From Eledone cirrhosa (taxonomy: Eukaryota), in assembly GCA_964016885.1 (NCBI GenBank), contig OZ024743.1:371814001-371878000 (forward strand): 64,000 bases of DNA, written 5' to 3'. Positions 12,975-26,200 of this stretch are shown piece by piece. Each line of letters begins with the position of its first letter. The first letter of the stretch is position 1. Position numbers and translations under genes: made by a program. Below the pieces are notes generated by a model that did no database searches, was not told the origin of the DNA, and saw nothing but the letters and a program-made list of their open reading frames with translations.

Positions 12975-15900
12975 GAATTTATGCCAGTTCCTATCCTGCA
13001 TATTGAACATGGCCATTTCCCTGACGGAATCAGGGTTTTGTCCTCCTTTCTACTCATCAACACTTTTGTCTTAGCTAGGTTCACTCTGTTCTCTTGATTC
13101 GAACTGCTGTTTCCATAGCCAGAATTTATTCTCTAGCTCCTCTACTGATTCTGCTATAAGAACCAGATCGCCAGCATACAGAAGTTCCCATGGACAGCCA
13201 GTCTTAAACTCTGTTATGACTTGGAGGACTATAATGAACAAGAGCGGGCTGAGGACCGAATCTTGATGTACTCCTACTTGTATCTGGAATTCCTCACTAA
13301 ACTCCATTCCTACCCTCACTTTAATGACAGCACCTCTGTACAATGTTTGCAGTCCTCACAAGCCATTCCTCAACACCTAGTTTCCTTAGGGACCACCAGA
13401 TGACAGATCGAGCTACTCTATCAAAGGCCTTCTCTAGGTCAACAAAAGCTAAGTATAGTGGCTTATTCTTCTCTAACAACCTCTCTTGTAATTGTCTCAC
13501 CAAGAGGGCACCTGTTGTACTTTTCCCAGGCACAAAACCAAACTGCATCTCATCTAGTTTGACCCTTTCTCTAATTAGTTGTGCTAATATCCTTTCTGCC
13601 ACTTTTATAACCTGATCCATCAGTTTTATATCCCTATAATTGTTCCTCTCCAGAGCATCTCCTTTACCTTTGTAGCAATTTATGAGAATACTGCTGCACC
13701 AGTCTTTGGGTGATACCACCATATATGGCCTGATTGATGATACGTGCAACCAGTTTAGTGCCTACGTCCCCTGATGCCTTCAGCATCTCAGCAACTATCC
13801 CCGACGGTCCAGCAGCCTTACCATTATTCATTTCCTTAATCGCCTCTTGGACCCTATATTCGTCAATCTCAATAGCTGGTCCCTCTGTCGGATCTACTGA
13901 GGGTAATTTCTCTCTCTCCCATTCGTTCTCCACATTCATCAGTCTGTCATAATGACATTTCCAGGCCTCCTTTTTCTGATCATTCTGGACACATTTATCT
14001 CCAACATCCTGATTTGCATTGACACACTGCCTTGCAATGTGGAACACCGCACACTTCTGATCGTCCCGTTGCAGAACATTGACAAACCTCCTACTCTCAG
14101 CCTCCCTGCGTGCTAAGTACACCTGACGTCTAGCTTCTCTCTTAGCGGCTGTGTATCCTTCTCTACTCCCACCCTTTTTCCAAGCCTTCCATGCTAGTCT
14201 TTTGTCTCTAATGGCCCTATCTACTGTGCTGTTCCACCACCAGGCCACTCTCTGTCTGGTTGGAGCTCTGCTCCAGCCACAGGTTTCATCAGTAGCCTGC
14301 AGTAAGTTGTCATGTAAGAAATTCCAGTTATTATCTATGCCATACGACTCTAAATCGTCTTCTTTTTCGTCATACACATCTTGAAGGTCTTTCCTAAATT
14401 TGTATTTTAGTGAAAGGTCTTTTAGCTTCCAGACCTTTCCTTTCCTAACCTATGCTGTGGAGTACATTCTTCCCCAGGGTATGCCTTGGTATTTGACACC
14501 ATCTACCTGTCCTTCTGCCTAACTAGTAAGAAGTCAATCTGGCTTATGTGCTTGCCTGATTTGTAGGTTATTAGGTGGTTGGCAGGTTTCTGAAAGTTAG
14601 TGTTGCAAATGGTCAGTGTACTTGCATCACAAAATTCAAGAAGTCTCACTCCTTCATCTCTTGAACCGTAACCGTGACCACCATGTACCCCAGTGTAACC
14701 ATCCTTGAGCTGTCCAACATGACCATTGAAGTCCCCTGCTAGCATAATGATGTCTCCGTCCTCTGTCATTGCGGCTGTTTGTAAAAGTTGTTCGTAAAAG
14801 CAGTCTTTCTCTTCTTTACCTAGACCTGCTTGGGGAGCATAGGCAGAGGAGATGATTGTCAGTATTATCCTGCCTACAACTAATCTAAGCTTAATTATTC
14901 GATTATTAACTCGAACTACCTCTATTGTCTTATTGATCCATTTTTCAGCCAGGAAAATGGCTACTTCCCCTAACGCATCAACCTTACCTACCCAGAAAAG
15001 CTTATAGCTAAGATGTTTGGATGCGACTAGTCTCGCAGAGGCACCTCTCCATCTTACCTCTTGCACGCAGCACACATCCAATCCACATACCTTCTCTCCA
15101 GCATCTCCGCTATTTCACCAGATCTACCTGTGAGAGTGCCAGCATTAAGTGTTGCAACTCTGAGATGCGATGCCTTCATATTTTTGTTGTTCCTATATAT
15201 TTGTTGCTGTGCTCATAATTGTTTTGGCATTGATACACTGGTTGGATGCCCTTCCTAACACCAGTGCCACTTTACAGCATGGACTGAGTGTCTTACTGGA
15301 CTCATGGGTCCTCTCTACCCCTCCATTTTACAGCATGGTCATAACAAAAAAAATAAAAACAAAAAAAAAACACTTATTGACATTCACGGCACACACACAC
15401 ACACACACTCACTCACACACCAACACTCATGCATACAAATACACACGCCACTCACACACCAACACTCATATGCATACAAACACACACACACACACACACA
15501 CATACATATATTACCGTTAGTACTGATACAAGATCATGCCAACTGTTGACTTTTACAGTTCAGTATTTTTTTATAAAAATAATAATTGTTTGCTTTACAG
15601 CATAGAGCAACGGCCCTCCACTCTCCAGGCACCAGCAATGCACTGGGGGCAATCGCTGCCCCATGCCAAGAACAGAATAGTTATTACTATTATTATAGTT
15701 GTTTTCTTCTTCTTAAGGCCTGATTGCTGGTGATGGTGGTGGATGGTGTCAGTGATGGAGATGGTGGTGGATGGTGTCAGTGATGGTGATGGCAGTTGTT
15801 GATGTTGTTGTCGTCGTTGTTGCTGCTGCCGTTGTTGTTGTTCAATTCATAAAACACGTATAAAATCTGCCTGCTTCATTTATTATTGAAAATAATATGT

Positions 15901-16855
15901 CAATATATACATATATACACGCATACACATATATATGGTCCAAACCCATGCAAGCGTGGAACACGGACGTTAAACGTTGATGAACGTTGATGATGATATG
16001 TGTGTGTGCATGTCTTATGGAACTCTTGGTATTACAGGAGTGAACATGAGGAGTGCTATCAAAAATGTGTTAGCAGCAGAGATGACATCCTGTTGGCTAT
16101 GGCTTAAGACCTAATATATATCATGTATGCCACTTAGACACGGGTCACTTGGATGAGGGTGTATTTTGTAAGACCAAAAACACTCAATGGCTCTAGGATA
16201 CAACACTGATGATGTGTTCAAGGACTTGCATCTGTGATTTGGGAATAATCACAACACCTTGCTACTCTTTGCAATTGTTTCATAAATTTAGCAAATACAT
16301 ATCTCTTGTAATCATCATACACAACCAAAAATATATTTTATTTTACATCACATTAAAAAGCACCCAGTCCACCCAGTAGGTGGTCGTGCTAGTACCACGA
16401 TGAAAAAACACCCAGTCCACCCTGTCAGATAGTCGCTCTGGTATCATAATAAAAAGCACCCAGTCCATGCTATAATGTGGTGGCGTTACAAAAGGCATCT
16501 AGCCATAGAAACTAAGCCAGAAGCAGTTCCATATAAGCAATACATGGTAATCTGACCTGACTTATCTCACATGACAACACATCTAACCCATGCAAGCATG
16601 GAAAATAGATGTATGATGATGATGATGATGATTATCCATCCAATCAAATTTATTGAATCCATGACAGTTTAATATTTCACCCATATTTTTTTCTTGTCTT
16701 GATTTTTTATTATAGTTCTGTGTGCATCTAGGATGTTTTATAGGAAAATTTAAATCTTCAGTACTTGTCTGACACTTTATTGACTTTGGAAGCCTGAAAG
16801 ACAAAGTTGACCTCAGCAGGTTTCAACTCAGAACATAAAAGAGTTATAACTAAAT

Positions 16856-17125
16856 AATTGTTTCTACTTTAGGCACAAGGCCAGCAATCACCCAGTGCAT
16901 TACTGGTACTTTATTTTATCGACCCCGTAAGGATGAAAGGCAAAGTCAACCTCGGCGGGATTTGAACTCAGATCATAAAGGGACGTAACTATGCTGGAAA
17001 GCATGGCGTCCGACCCTCCACCGATACTGCCAATCCACCGCCCTAACATGGCGTCCGACCCTCCACCGATACTGCCAATCCACCGCCCTAACATGGCGTC
17101 CGACCCTCCACCGATACTCCCAATC
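16856..17125 (-). mobile_element. tRNA-derived SINE with triplicated head, in the CARS2 3' UTR region
   Basis: A-box-like TGGCAGTATCGG, B-box GAGTTCAAATCCC, central GCCTTTCATCCTTACGGGGTCGATAAAATAAAGTACC. 45-bp unit starts at 17002, 17047 and 17092. Confidence 0.85.
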
Positions 17126-17179
17126 TAAATAATGCAGCCATTTTGTTAAAACTCTCAAACAATTTTATAAATCCATGTG

Positions 17180-17239
17180 TTAATCTTCCTTTATCTTTTT
17201 CTTGCTCAGAATTTTCCACGAAGAATCATTTTGGTAATC
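17180..17239 (-). CDS. CARS2: CARS2 coding exon 13 (last)
   Basis: ttcatag|GAT; [19 protein letters not shown], matching the D...S.W C-terminal motif of CysRS. Confidence 0.85.
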   Translation of the reverse strand, partial: DYQNDSSWKILSKKKIKED

Positions 17240-20200
17240 CTATGAATAGTAAAATAAAAAAGAAATTTTAAATGTAAAATAAAAATATTTTTAACTAGGC
17301 TGAGTCAGTTTCTCCCACGCATTTATGATTTTGTGTTAAAATCTAATTTAGACACAAGGGTAGCAATTTGGCAGAGATGTAAATCAATTGCATTTTGTCT
17401 GATGCTCTAATAATTTTGCCAATCCATCACCTTTAATGTTTGAAGCATTACTTAAAAGAAAGTATGAACATTTTCAAACAGGAAGTTTTGTATTATAGAC
17501 AAACAACAAGTTTCAGGTGGGTTGGCATCAAAATGGTTAAAAAAGGAAGGACATATAGTCTATGCTCGAAAACAAAAGTCGAGATGATTGTAGTCTGCTG
17601 ACTAGTAACTAAACAACAGTAACATTATCCACAATAGAAACACCTCTATCACTTTCAGGCCAGGATTCCAGTTTAAGCATACCTTCCCTCCTCTCTCCCA
17701 CCAGTCTCAGAGGCCTTGAAAAGTCTTGGACACTGCCCTTCCCTCCCTGACAAAAATTATACTATCAAACTTTGTTCCTATATTCCATTGCACTGTCAAT
17801 GACTTGTGACAGTTGTAGCTTAATGCTGGACTCAACAAATAGCATACATAAGAAACTCAACATGCTAGAAATAACCAAATGTCCTTCACACACTGTGGAT
17901 AAAGTTGTTCGAGAAAAAGAGGTATGTATCCAGTTTAGAATAGGTAGATTTTATCCCTGTGTGTTGTAAGAGGCAACTAAAGTGTTGGTGCCAGGAAGGA
18001 CATCCAGCCATAAAACATTGCTTCAAAAAAGCCCCCATTATGAGTATGAGGCCTGTCATGGGCTCCACAGGGCTAACCTTTGCTCTAGCAGGGAAATACG
18101 GCCTTAAAATGCTTGTTTGTGTTCATTATGAAATGGTAATAACTGGAACATAGCTGATCATAGGTCTGCTTGATCTCTGGAACTAAAATATAACATGACT
18201 TAGTATGATAATAATAAACCTTACAATTATCTGTATGCCCATTAAGGATAATTCTTTGCGAATATCATCAGAAGAAGTAATTAGAGGTTGAAGTGCTTGG
18301 AATTTTACTTTCTTCTTTTCTTTCTTGTCGAGATTTTCAAAATCTGAAATGAAATAAAGGAAAAATTTGACATATCTAACAAACATAGGTAAAGAATATT
18401 TCATTGCATTTTATAATAATGTATTATATAGACACAAAGATACAAGTTATGCTTGTATAGGTAACAGTGATACAATGAAAACATGTATCGAACAGTTTAC
18501 ATTCTTGCTTATTATTTCATATTTTGAGGTTAGGACCCCTTTTGCAAAACAAAGGAAATAGAGTATGTAATTTGCATTGAACCAGCTTTCCCAATAATAA
18601 TATAAATTTCATATAAATTATACTTCTTTGTTCACAAAGATACAAGGTTTTAAGGATGGTAGATGAACTGTGATATTTAGTTTCTTGGTCAAAGACACAA
18701 TGTGCCATCTGTGTTAGGATATGAATTGCTGGCCTTTTGACTAGAAAGAAGAACAGTATCCCTGATGAAGGTAGGAATTGTGGTAGTGATGGTAGTAGGG
18801 AAGGTGGTAGTTATGGTAGTGTGATGGTGGAAGCAATGGTATAGTGATGGTAGTGTAATGGTTGTAGTAATGATGGTAGTTATGGCAGTGATGGTATTTT
18901 GGTGATAGTAATAAGGATGTTACTAGTAATAGTGGTAGTATGGATATTGGTAGTAATAGTGGTAGTGTAATGGTAGAAATGAGTGTGGCAGAGATGATGG
19001 CAGTAGGGATGGTGGTAGTGGTATTAATAATGGTGGTAAAGAATGACGTTAGCAATTTCTGTAGAGATGATAATTGCAATGATGTTATATTTACCCTTGC
19101 CAAATGATATGTCTTCAGGGGAGTTTACAACAAACTGTCGAACTTTGTTCCTATATCTCACAGTATTATTAATGACTTGTGACAGTTGTAACTCACTGTT
19201 TGGATCTGTCTGCTGCAACAAACGGCATACATAAGAAATATATTAACTATTTTGATACCAAACCACCCTTGATACAAAACTGTTTATTTTAAAGAGTTTA
19301 TATTTATCTAAATATCTTCCATCATAATTTTATGTCAGAAACGTTTTAAAGTTATGTTCCAAATATGAGCTTAATGACAAGAAAGTTAGTTATATTACTA
19401 AATTCCTTCAAATTCTTGATTATATTCAAAATGATATGAATGGGTTAACACTTGATACCAAACTGCTTGAAACCACCCTTGTTTCTATGATACAAAACTG
19501 TTTGTTTTAAAGTGTTTATATTCATCTAAAAACCTTCTATTGTAATTTTAAGCATGAATCTTCATTATGTTCTAAACATCAGCTTGATAATGAGAAAGTT
19601 AGTTATAATACTAAATCCCTCCAAATTCTTCTTCTTCTTTACTTCACCCACATATTCCTGAGGGTTGTGGGGCAGAGTCCTGTCAGAAGCAACCGTCTCC
19701 AAATGATCCAGCTGGATCCAACCTTCTTGCTTCAAGACTACCCTTCGGTCTCATACCTGTCGGTTTTGCCCGTAAAATCTGTACAGCGATTCTTTCCTGA
19801 GACATTCTAACCACATGCCCATAGTATCAGAGCTGTGATCTCTCAATTTGGAGAAGTAGTGAGTCTACCTGGAGTGACTCTCTGAGCTACGCACTTTATC
19901 CAAATTCTTGATTTTCAAAATTATTTGAAAATCATTGCTAGAGTCTTTCATTAGAAATATGGTAATGAAAGGGTTAACCCTTTAGCATTCGCATTCATTT
20001 TCAAATGTCATGCTTATCTGTTCGCATCGCCGAGGTTAACTTTGCCTTTCATCCTTATGGGGTCGATAAAATGAAGTACCAGTAATGCACTGGGTATTTG
20101 CTGGCCTTGTGCCAAAAGTAGAAACAATTATTTTGAGTTAATCATACTCAAGAGGGTTATCAATTTTATTTGTTTGTAATTTTCTTAATTTTCTATGTGG

Positions 20201-23200
20201 AGGCTTGAAATTTTGTCAGTAGATGTTTAAATATCAATAATTTACAATTATATAATTTTACCTGATTTTTTTGGTTAAATTTGACTTTTATGGGCAGGTG
20301 AAATTAATTAATAGGGGCATTTGAAGTATCAACTAAGTGCAAATATTGGTTTAATTTTAAATACATTGTTTTCGGCATAATACTTGATATATAAGGATCA
20401 CTAAACCTTATATCAGTGCTCCAGTAATTCCACAGTCTTGGAAATTGTTTTATACCGAACATAATATTTACGGTAAAAAATGTTTCCATTTCCGCAGCAT
20501 CTGTCGGTCGCCAAACAGATGGGGTTTTCCTTGATTTGAAATCTGTTGTTGGGCATATTGATTAATCTCTTCTGCCACAACAAAGTTTGTGGTAAAAACA
20601 AAAAGAAATAATCCAGTGCTTTAGCATCGGGAGCTAATGTGTGTTGTGGGACCAGTATTTTGAATAAAATCGGGAACATATATTGGTGTGGTATTTTTCA
20701 ACCACATTGCTGTAATATTTTCAGTGGCATCCTAGAGATCTCTTTCGTTTTCACTTTCAAAACAACAATCATCGTCGGATGAAATTTCAGAAATGTAAAC
20801 ATCGGATTCATTTGAAGATAAATCACTAATATTATCTTTTGTTTCTTGTTCATTCTGAATGTCGTCGTGTGTAAAACCTTCAAAGTTGGTATCGCTACTT
20901 TCACAAGCCATGTTGATACACAAAAAATCTGTTCTACTTTCAACGTTAAAAAAACATCTTTTAAGTTGTTTCACTATATTAAGTGTTAATTTTCGTGGTA
21001 AGGGCCTAATCACGCAGTAATCTCGAATTGACAAGATTTTGATGATGGTTTGTTTATTTTTAGAACGATATTTTAGTGAGGGTGTTATCGGCCGGTTTCG
21101 GGCGGTTTGAACAAATGGAGGGGAAATAATTTCGGCCGGTTTCAGGCGGTTTGAACACTAAAGGGTTAAGGAAACACAGGACAAAACTTTCTTACAAGAA
21201 TACACATCTGATTTGTGAATAAATCTGAAAATTACACAGATAAGTTCAAATTGATTTGTAAATTGCACATAAATATGACTACTTACATGAGTATATGCAT
21301 GACTTGTGAATACATGAGTAGTACATCTTACATCTGTATATATGTCACCTGGGAATATACACAAGAAAAACTTTGTATATATGTAGTCATGTGATTTCCA
21401 TACTCATGTATGTAGTCCTCTTGTGTATTCACATGAATTGTGAATACATATGTGCTTGTGAAGGAAGGGTTCATAGCTGAGCTAAGTTCATTGATTTCTT
21501 AATTAAGCACATAATCAGAGTTTGAAGAACAAAGATATTATCAATAGACTTGATTCTAAAATATTACTGGTGCTTATTTTATTGACTCCTAGAAAGTCAA
21601 CCATGACATAGAACTGGAAATCCAGTGTTTCACAGTTTCTACCATTTCTTCCACTCTATTTTAGTGAGATGAAATTGAAATTTACAGCTCACATCTATAT
21701 AGTTTTAGCAGGCCTCATAAGAGGTTTCTTGGGCATTTTAATAAGGGCTCCAGTAAAATCATATTGTTACAGCTTACACCTATGTATGTTTAGATGGCCT
21801 CCTATGAGGTTGTATCTCATAGAAAGTTTTCTAAGTGTTTAATGATAAGAGCCCCAATCATATCATGAAAATCAGTGTGAAATGAAGTTTCTTGTTCAAA
21901 AACACAACATACCACCTATGCTAAGAATTGAACTCATAACTATATAACTGAGTGTAACATTCTAAGCATTAGAGCATGCACCTTCACAGTGAGATGCGAT
22001 ACATTCTTAGGTAGGTTGTATTTAGATAAAACTACTCCAAATTCAAATAAGTAAATGAAATAAAATATTAGAGAAGGCATTTACCATTTGTTTTCCAAAG
22101 TTTATCCCCAAACTCTGCAGTGTTTCAGAGACATACATGTAAGCAGTGGCAACAGCAACAATACTGTGACTTGAAAATGTTGGATCCTGAAATTCAGAGG
22201 AAGGATTAGTGTTGGCATCATGATGGAATGCACCCAGTACCCTCTGTAAAGTGATTGACAAATGAACCAATATAATTGTTTCTATATTTGGAACAAGGCC
22301 AGCAATTACCTAGTACATTATTTTATTGACCCTGTAAGGATGAAAGGCAAAGTTAACCTCGGTGGGATATGAACTCAGACTGTAAAGGGACGTAGCTATG
22401 CTGGAAAGCATGGCGTCCGACTCTCTACCGATACTGCCAATCCACAGCCCTCATGAACCAATATAATTGTCTCTACTTTAGGCACAAGGCCAGCAATTAC
22501 CCAGTGCATTACTGGTACTTTATTTTATCGACCCCGTAAGGATGAAAGGCAAAGTTAACCTCGGCGGGATTTGAACTCAGATCGTAAAGGGACGTAACTA
22601 TGCTGGAAAGCATGGCGTCCGACCCTCCACCGATACTGCCAATGATAGAGAGGACTCATTTGTCTCAATAAAGACCTGACAACTTCTCTAGTGTTGGCGT
22701 CATGGTAAAATGCATCCAGTATCTCTGTAAAGAGGCTGACAACCAAATGAAGACAATAGAGGGGAGAGAGGACTCTTCAGTCTTGTACATGACAATCTTT
22801 CTAGTGCTTGTGCCATGATAAAATGTGTCTAGTGTATTCTGTATAGTGCTAGTGCAACAGTAAGATGCACTAAGTAGACACTGTAAAGTAGTTGGCATTA
22901 GGAAGGATATCCAACTGTAGAAACCATGCCAAAAAATGGAATGTACGAGCAAGGCTAATATCTAACCTATCTTACTGTGATGGTCTCTCCAACCCATGCC
23001 GGCATGGAAAGTGAACATATAATCATCATCATCGTCATTTAATGTCCATTTTTCCATGCTGGCATGGGTTAGACAAGTTATCCTGTTGTGAGCAATGCCA
23101 GGTCAGGTGACCATGTCATGCTCATACAAAACCGATTTTGGTTTGGTTTCTACAGCTGGATGCCCTTCCTAGCTCCAACCTCATTTACAGTGTGGACTGG

Positions 23201-26200
23201 GTGCTTTTTGCCATGTCACCACCACGACCACTTTACAATGTCGGCTGGGCGCTTTTTGTCGTGTTGCCATCATGACCACTTTACAGTGTGGGCAGGAGGC
23301 CTCACTGGATATATACTTCAGCTTGTCCTCAGGGAAGATGTAAGGGAGTGGATGGAGTGGTGCATACTATATATATCTGCTTCAGCTTCTGCCTGTGGGA
23401 AGTTGGATCTTCTGTATCACTGCGTAACGCCAGAGGTCTCGGTCTTGTGTCATTGCCTTTAAGAGGTGCAATTGGGCAAGGTCAGCTTTTTTATCACCTC
23501 ATCCCAAGACTTCCTGGCTCTCCCCACTCAACGGTTTCCATCGACTTAGAGCGCTCTGCACCTTTTTATACAGCTGTCATCCTTCATACGCATCACATGT
23601 CCATACAAACACAATCTCCTGCACACTGCATCTGCTTCCTATTATGCCTAGTTTCCCTCTCAGTACGTTTATGCATATATTACTATTACACATCCATCAG
23701 AGCATGCAAGCTTCATTCCTTTCCAATCTACACAAGTCTTCTGCACACGGCGCCCAAATTTCACTACCATGTAACAATCCTGATCATATGCACGCATTAT
23801 ACAGTCTGCCTTTCATCTTGATGGAAAGACCTTTTTAGCTAGCAGTGGTAGAATTGTGGGCAATTTCTTCCATCCCGTTCTTACTTTGGCTGCTGTACTT
23901 TCAGAACACCCACCACCACTGCTAATTTGGTCACTCAGGTAACAGAAGCTGTCTACAGAATTTAGTAGCGCTTGTTTCCTGTGGTCGTTTGCTGCTCACA
24001 GTCCCACCGCTACATGTAAAGCCTTCATTCTTAGCTAAACTTCCTGAGATCCCACTACATCTTGTGTACCCATAGTTTACATTTGGGACAGAGGATGGAA
24101 TTTCTACCTACACTTCTCCTACATACTGAGCAAGGCATTTTCCCAAGGGGATCTGTGTTCTGTTTTCTCTTCTACTTACTAGGACCTTAGTCTTTGTCAG
24201 GTTATGTATTAGGACGAAAGACTATAATGATTTCTAACATTGGCACCCATCACACAACAAAATCAATCTCCTCATAAGTCTTAATTTTGGGCCAGAGTTT
24301 TGGGGTGTTTGGTTCATGGATTACACAGCTAGACAAGTGATGATCCATGATGACCAGCAAGGTAAATGATTTAATGTTCTCCCATCTGCATTGGGTTACA
24401 CTATTCAACAACAGCAACCTAATGTGGTATGGGAGAAAACAAAGGAAAAATTCTCACTGCTGCTAAATCTTCAACAAATTTTTCATTATTTTCAAAATTA
24501 ACTGGAACACAAAGGCAGTATATTTCGATAAAAATATGAGGGTGGGCTGAGAAGTTCATAGGCTGACAATAAAGGAGTAACACTAGAGCTGTGAAATCTT
24601 GCATGCATTAATTTCATTTCTTATTAATAAATGCATTTATTAATAAGGTAAACTGACATCTGACTGTTCAAAGAAGACTTTAAAAGTAACTAGTAGCAGT
24701 TTCTCTTGAAAATGGACAAAATTTGGGATTGTGATGTCATCAAGTACCTGCAGAAAATGAGTTTAGCACCCAAAGACATTCATGCTGACATGATTGCTAC
24801 ATTAGGGGATGATGCTCTAGCTTTATTAACAATGCAAAAGTGAGCAACTGAAGGGAGAGTCTTGAGGAAAACATTGATCATGTTCACCACATGGTGATGG
24901 ATGACAGGTGATAAATCAAATACTCAATGCTATTAGCATACCTTGTGAGTGAGTTGAGAATATTATGCACAATGAACTTAATGAAGGTTTCTGCTAAGTG
25001 GGTGCCATGTCTTTTGACACCTGATCAAAAGTTCACCAGGATGATCACATCACAAGAAAATCTGACATTGTTCGAGTCAGATTCAGCTGCTTTCCTTAAA
25101 CGTTTCCTAACCCAAGATGAGTGTTGGGTTCATCACTTTGAGCCAGAGACTCAGAGACAATCCATGCTGTGGAAAAACCCCTCCCACCTGCTCCAAAGAA
25201 AGCCAAGGTTGTGATGGCTTCAGTTTTTCGAGATGCAAAAGGCATTGTGTTTATTGATTATTTTCAAAAGGGCCACACCATCAATGGAGAGTACTATGCC
25301 AACTTGCTGAGGCAGTTATAAAAGACTATCAAGACCAAATGCCCAGGAAATCTGATGAAAGGAGTCTTGTTTCATCAGGACAATCCTCCAGCACACAAGT
25401 CCTTGATTTCAATGACTGCCTTGCATGATTGTGGCTCTATTCTCCTGATTTGGCCCCATCTGACTACCATCTGTTCCCCAACATGAAAAAACACTTGGAT
25501 GGGAACCAGTGTCGCAGTGATGATGACATCATATCTGCTGTTGTTGACTTTTTTGACCAACAGGATTAAAGCTTCTTCACCAATGGGATCCAAGCACTGC
25601 AACACTGATGAAAGAAGTGTGTGGACCATAAGGGGGCTATGTTGAAAAATAAACCTCATCGGAGTGTCTTGGTCAGCCTAAGAACTTTTCAACCAACCCT
25701 TGTACGACAATGAAAAGGTTAAACAAAATTAAATTTCTAAAGAGGAATACATCTGCTACAACTACTACCACCATTCATGTGGTGTTTTACCTGTGTGGGG
25801 ATAAGTTTGTTGTTCATAAACTGTACAAAAGAAAGGATACTTGATATTGTTCTAGGTAAATCAAAGTCATCACACAAAGCCGCTCTCACTGATTTCTTTA
25901 ACTGATCCAGCCTAATAGAGAAAAAAAAATTGTCAAATAGGATTTGGTGTGCATGTGGAAAAGCAGAATGATTCTATGTGGAGTGGAGTGGTGGTTGTTT
26001 ATAAAAAAAAAATGATATTTATAGTTCATATACAAGGTTGCATCACATAGGTTTCTTAGGTGTCTTAATATGGGCACTGCTCCCACCACAAAAAGTATCA
26101 AAAAATGAAATATCTTGCTCAAGAACAAAGTATGCTACCCTGTCCATGAATTGAACTCAAGATCTTATGATCATGAGTCCAACAAACCACGAGGCCACAT

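Larger units (their letters stand above)
8401..15345 (-). mobile_element. RTE LINE copy A, near full length, interrupted by a Gypsy element
   Basis: APE endonuclease (VQEVRW, SAYAPQ, GDFNGHVG, SQIDF), RT ([26 protein letters not shown]), C-terminal [15 protein letters not shown] tail at 8401. Confidence 0.95.

Noticed and set aside
15170-15549. His/Thr-rich ORFs (also 38477-38728 and 18741-19103)
   Set aside because: Translations of (CA)n and GGT/TAG low-complexity DNA.
16011-16256. Possible 3' LTR of the first Gypsy (TG...CA)
   Set aside because: No PPT, TSD or second copy visible in the window.
17002-17125. CRISPR-like array
   Set aside because: Contiguous 45-bp units with no unique spacers; it is a SINE head repeat in eukaryotic DNA with no cas genes.
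22555-22642. tRNA gene
   Set aside because: A/B boxes belong to a multi-copy SINE; no complete cloverleaf.
24458-24501. Extra CARS2 exon (ccag|...|gtgaga)
   Set aside because: 44 nt, has a stop in the required phase, and resembles TTAA-MITE sequence.
25350-25380. CTGATGA hammerhead-like hairpin (also 18762)
   Set aside because: The first lies in mariner coding sequence; neither has a correctly placed GAAA and three stems.
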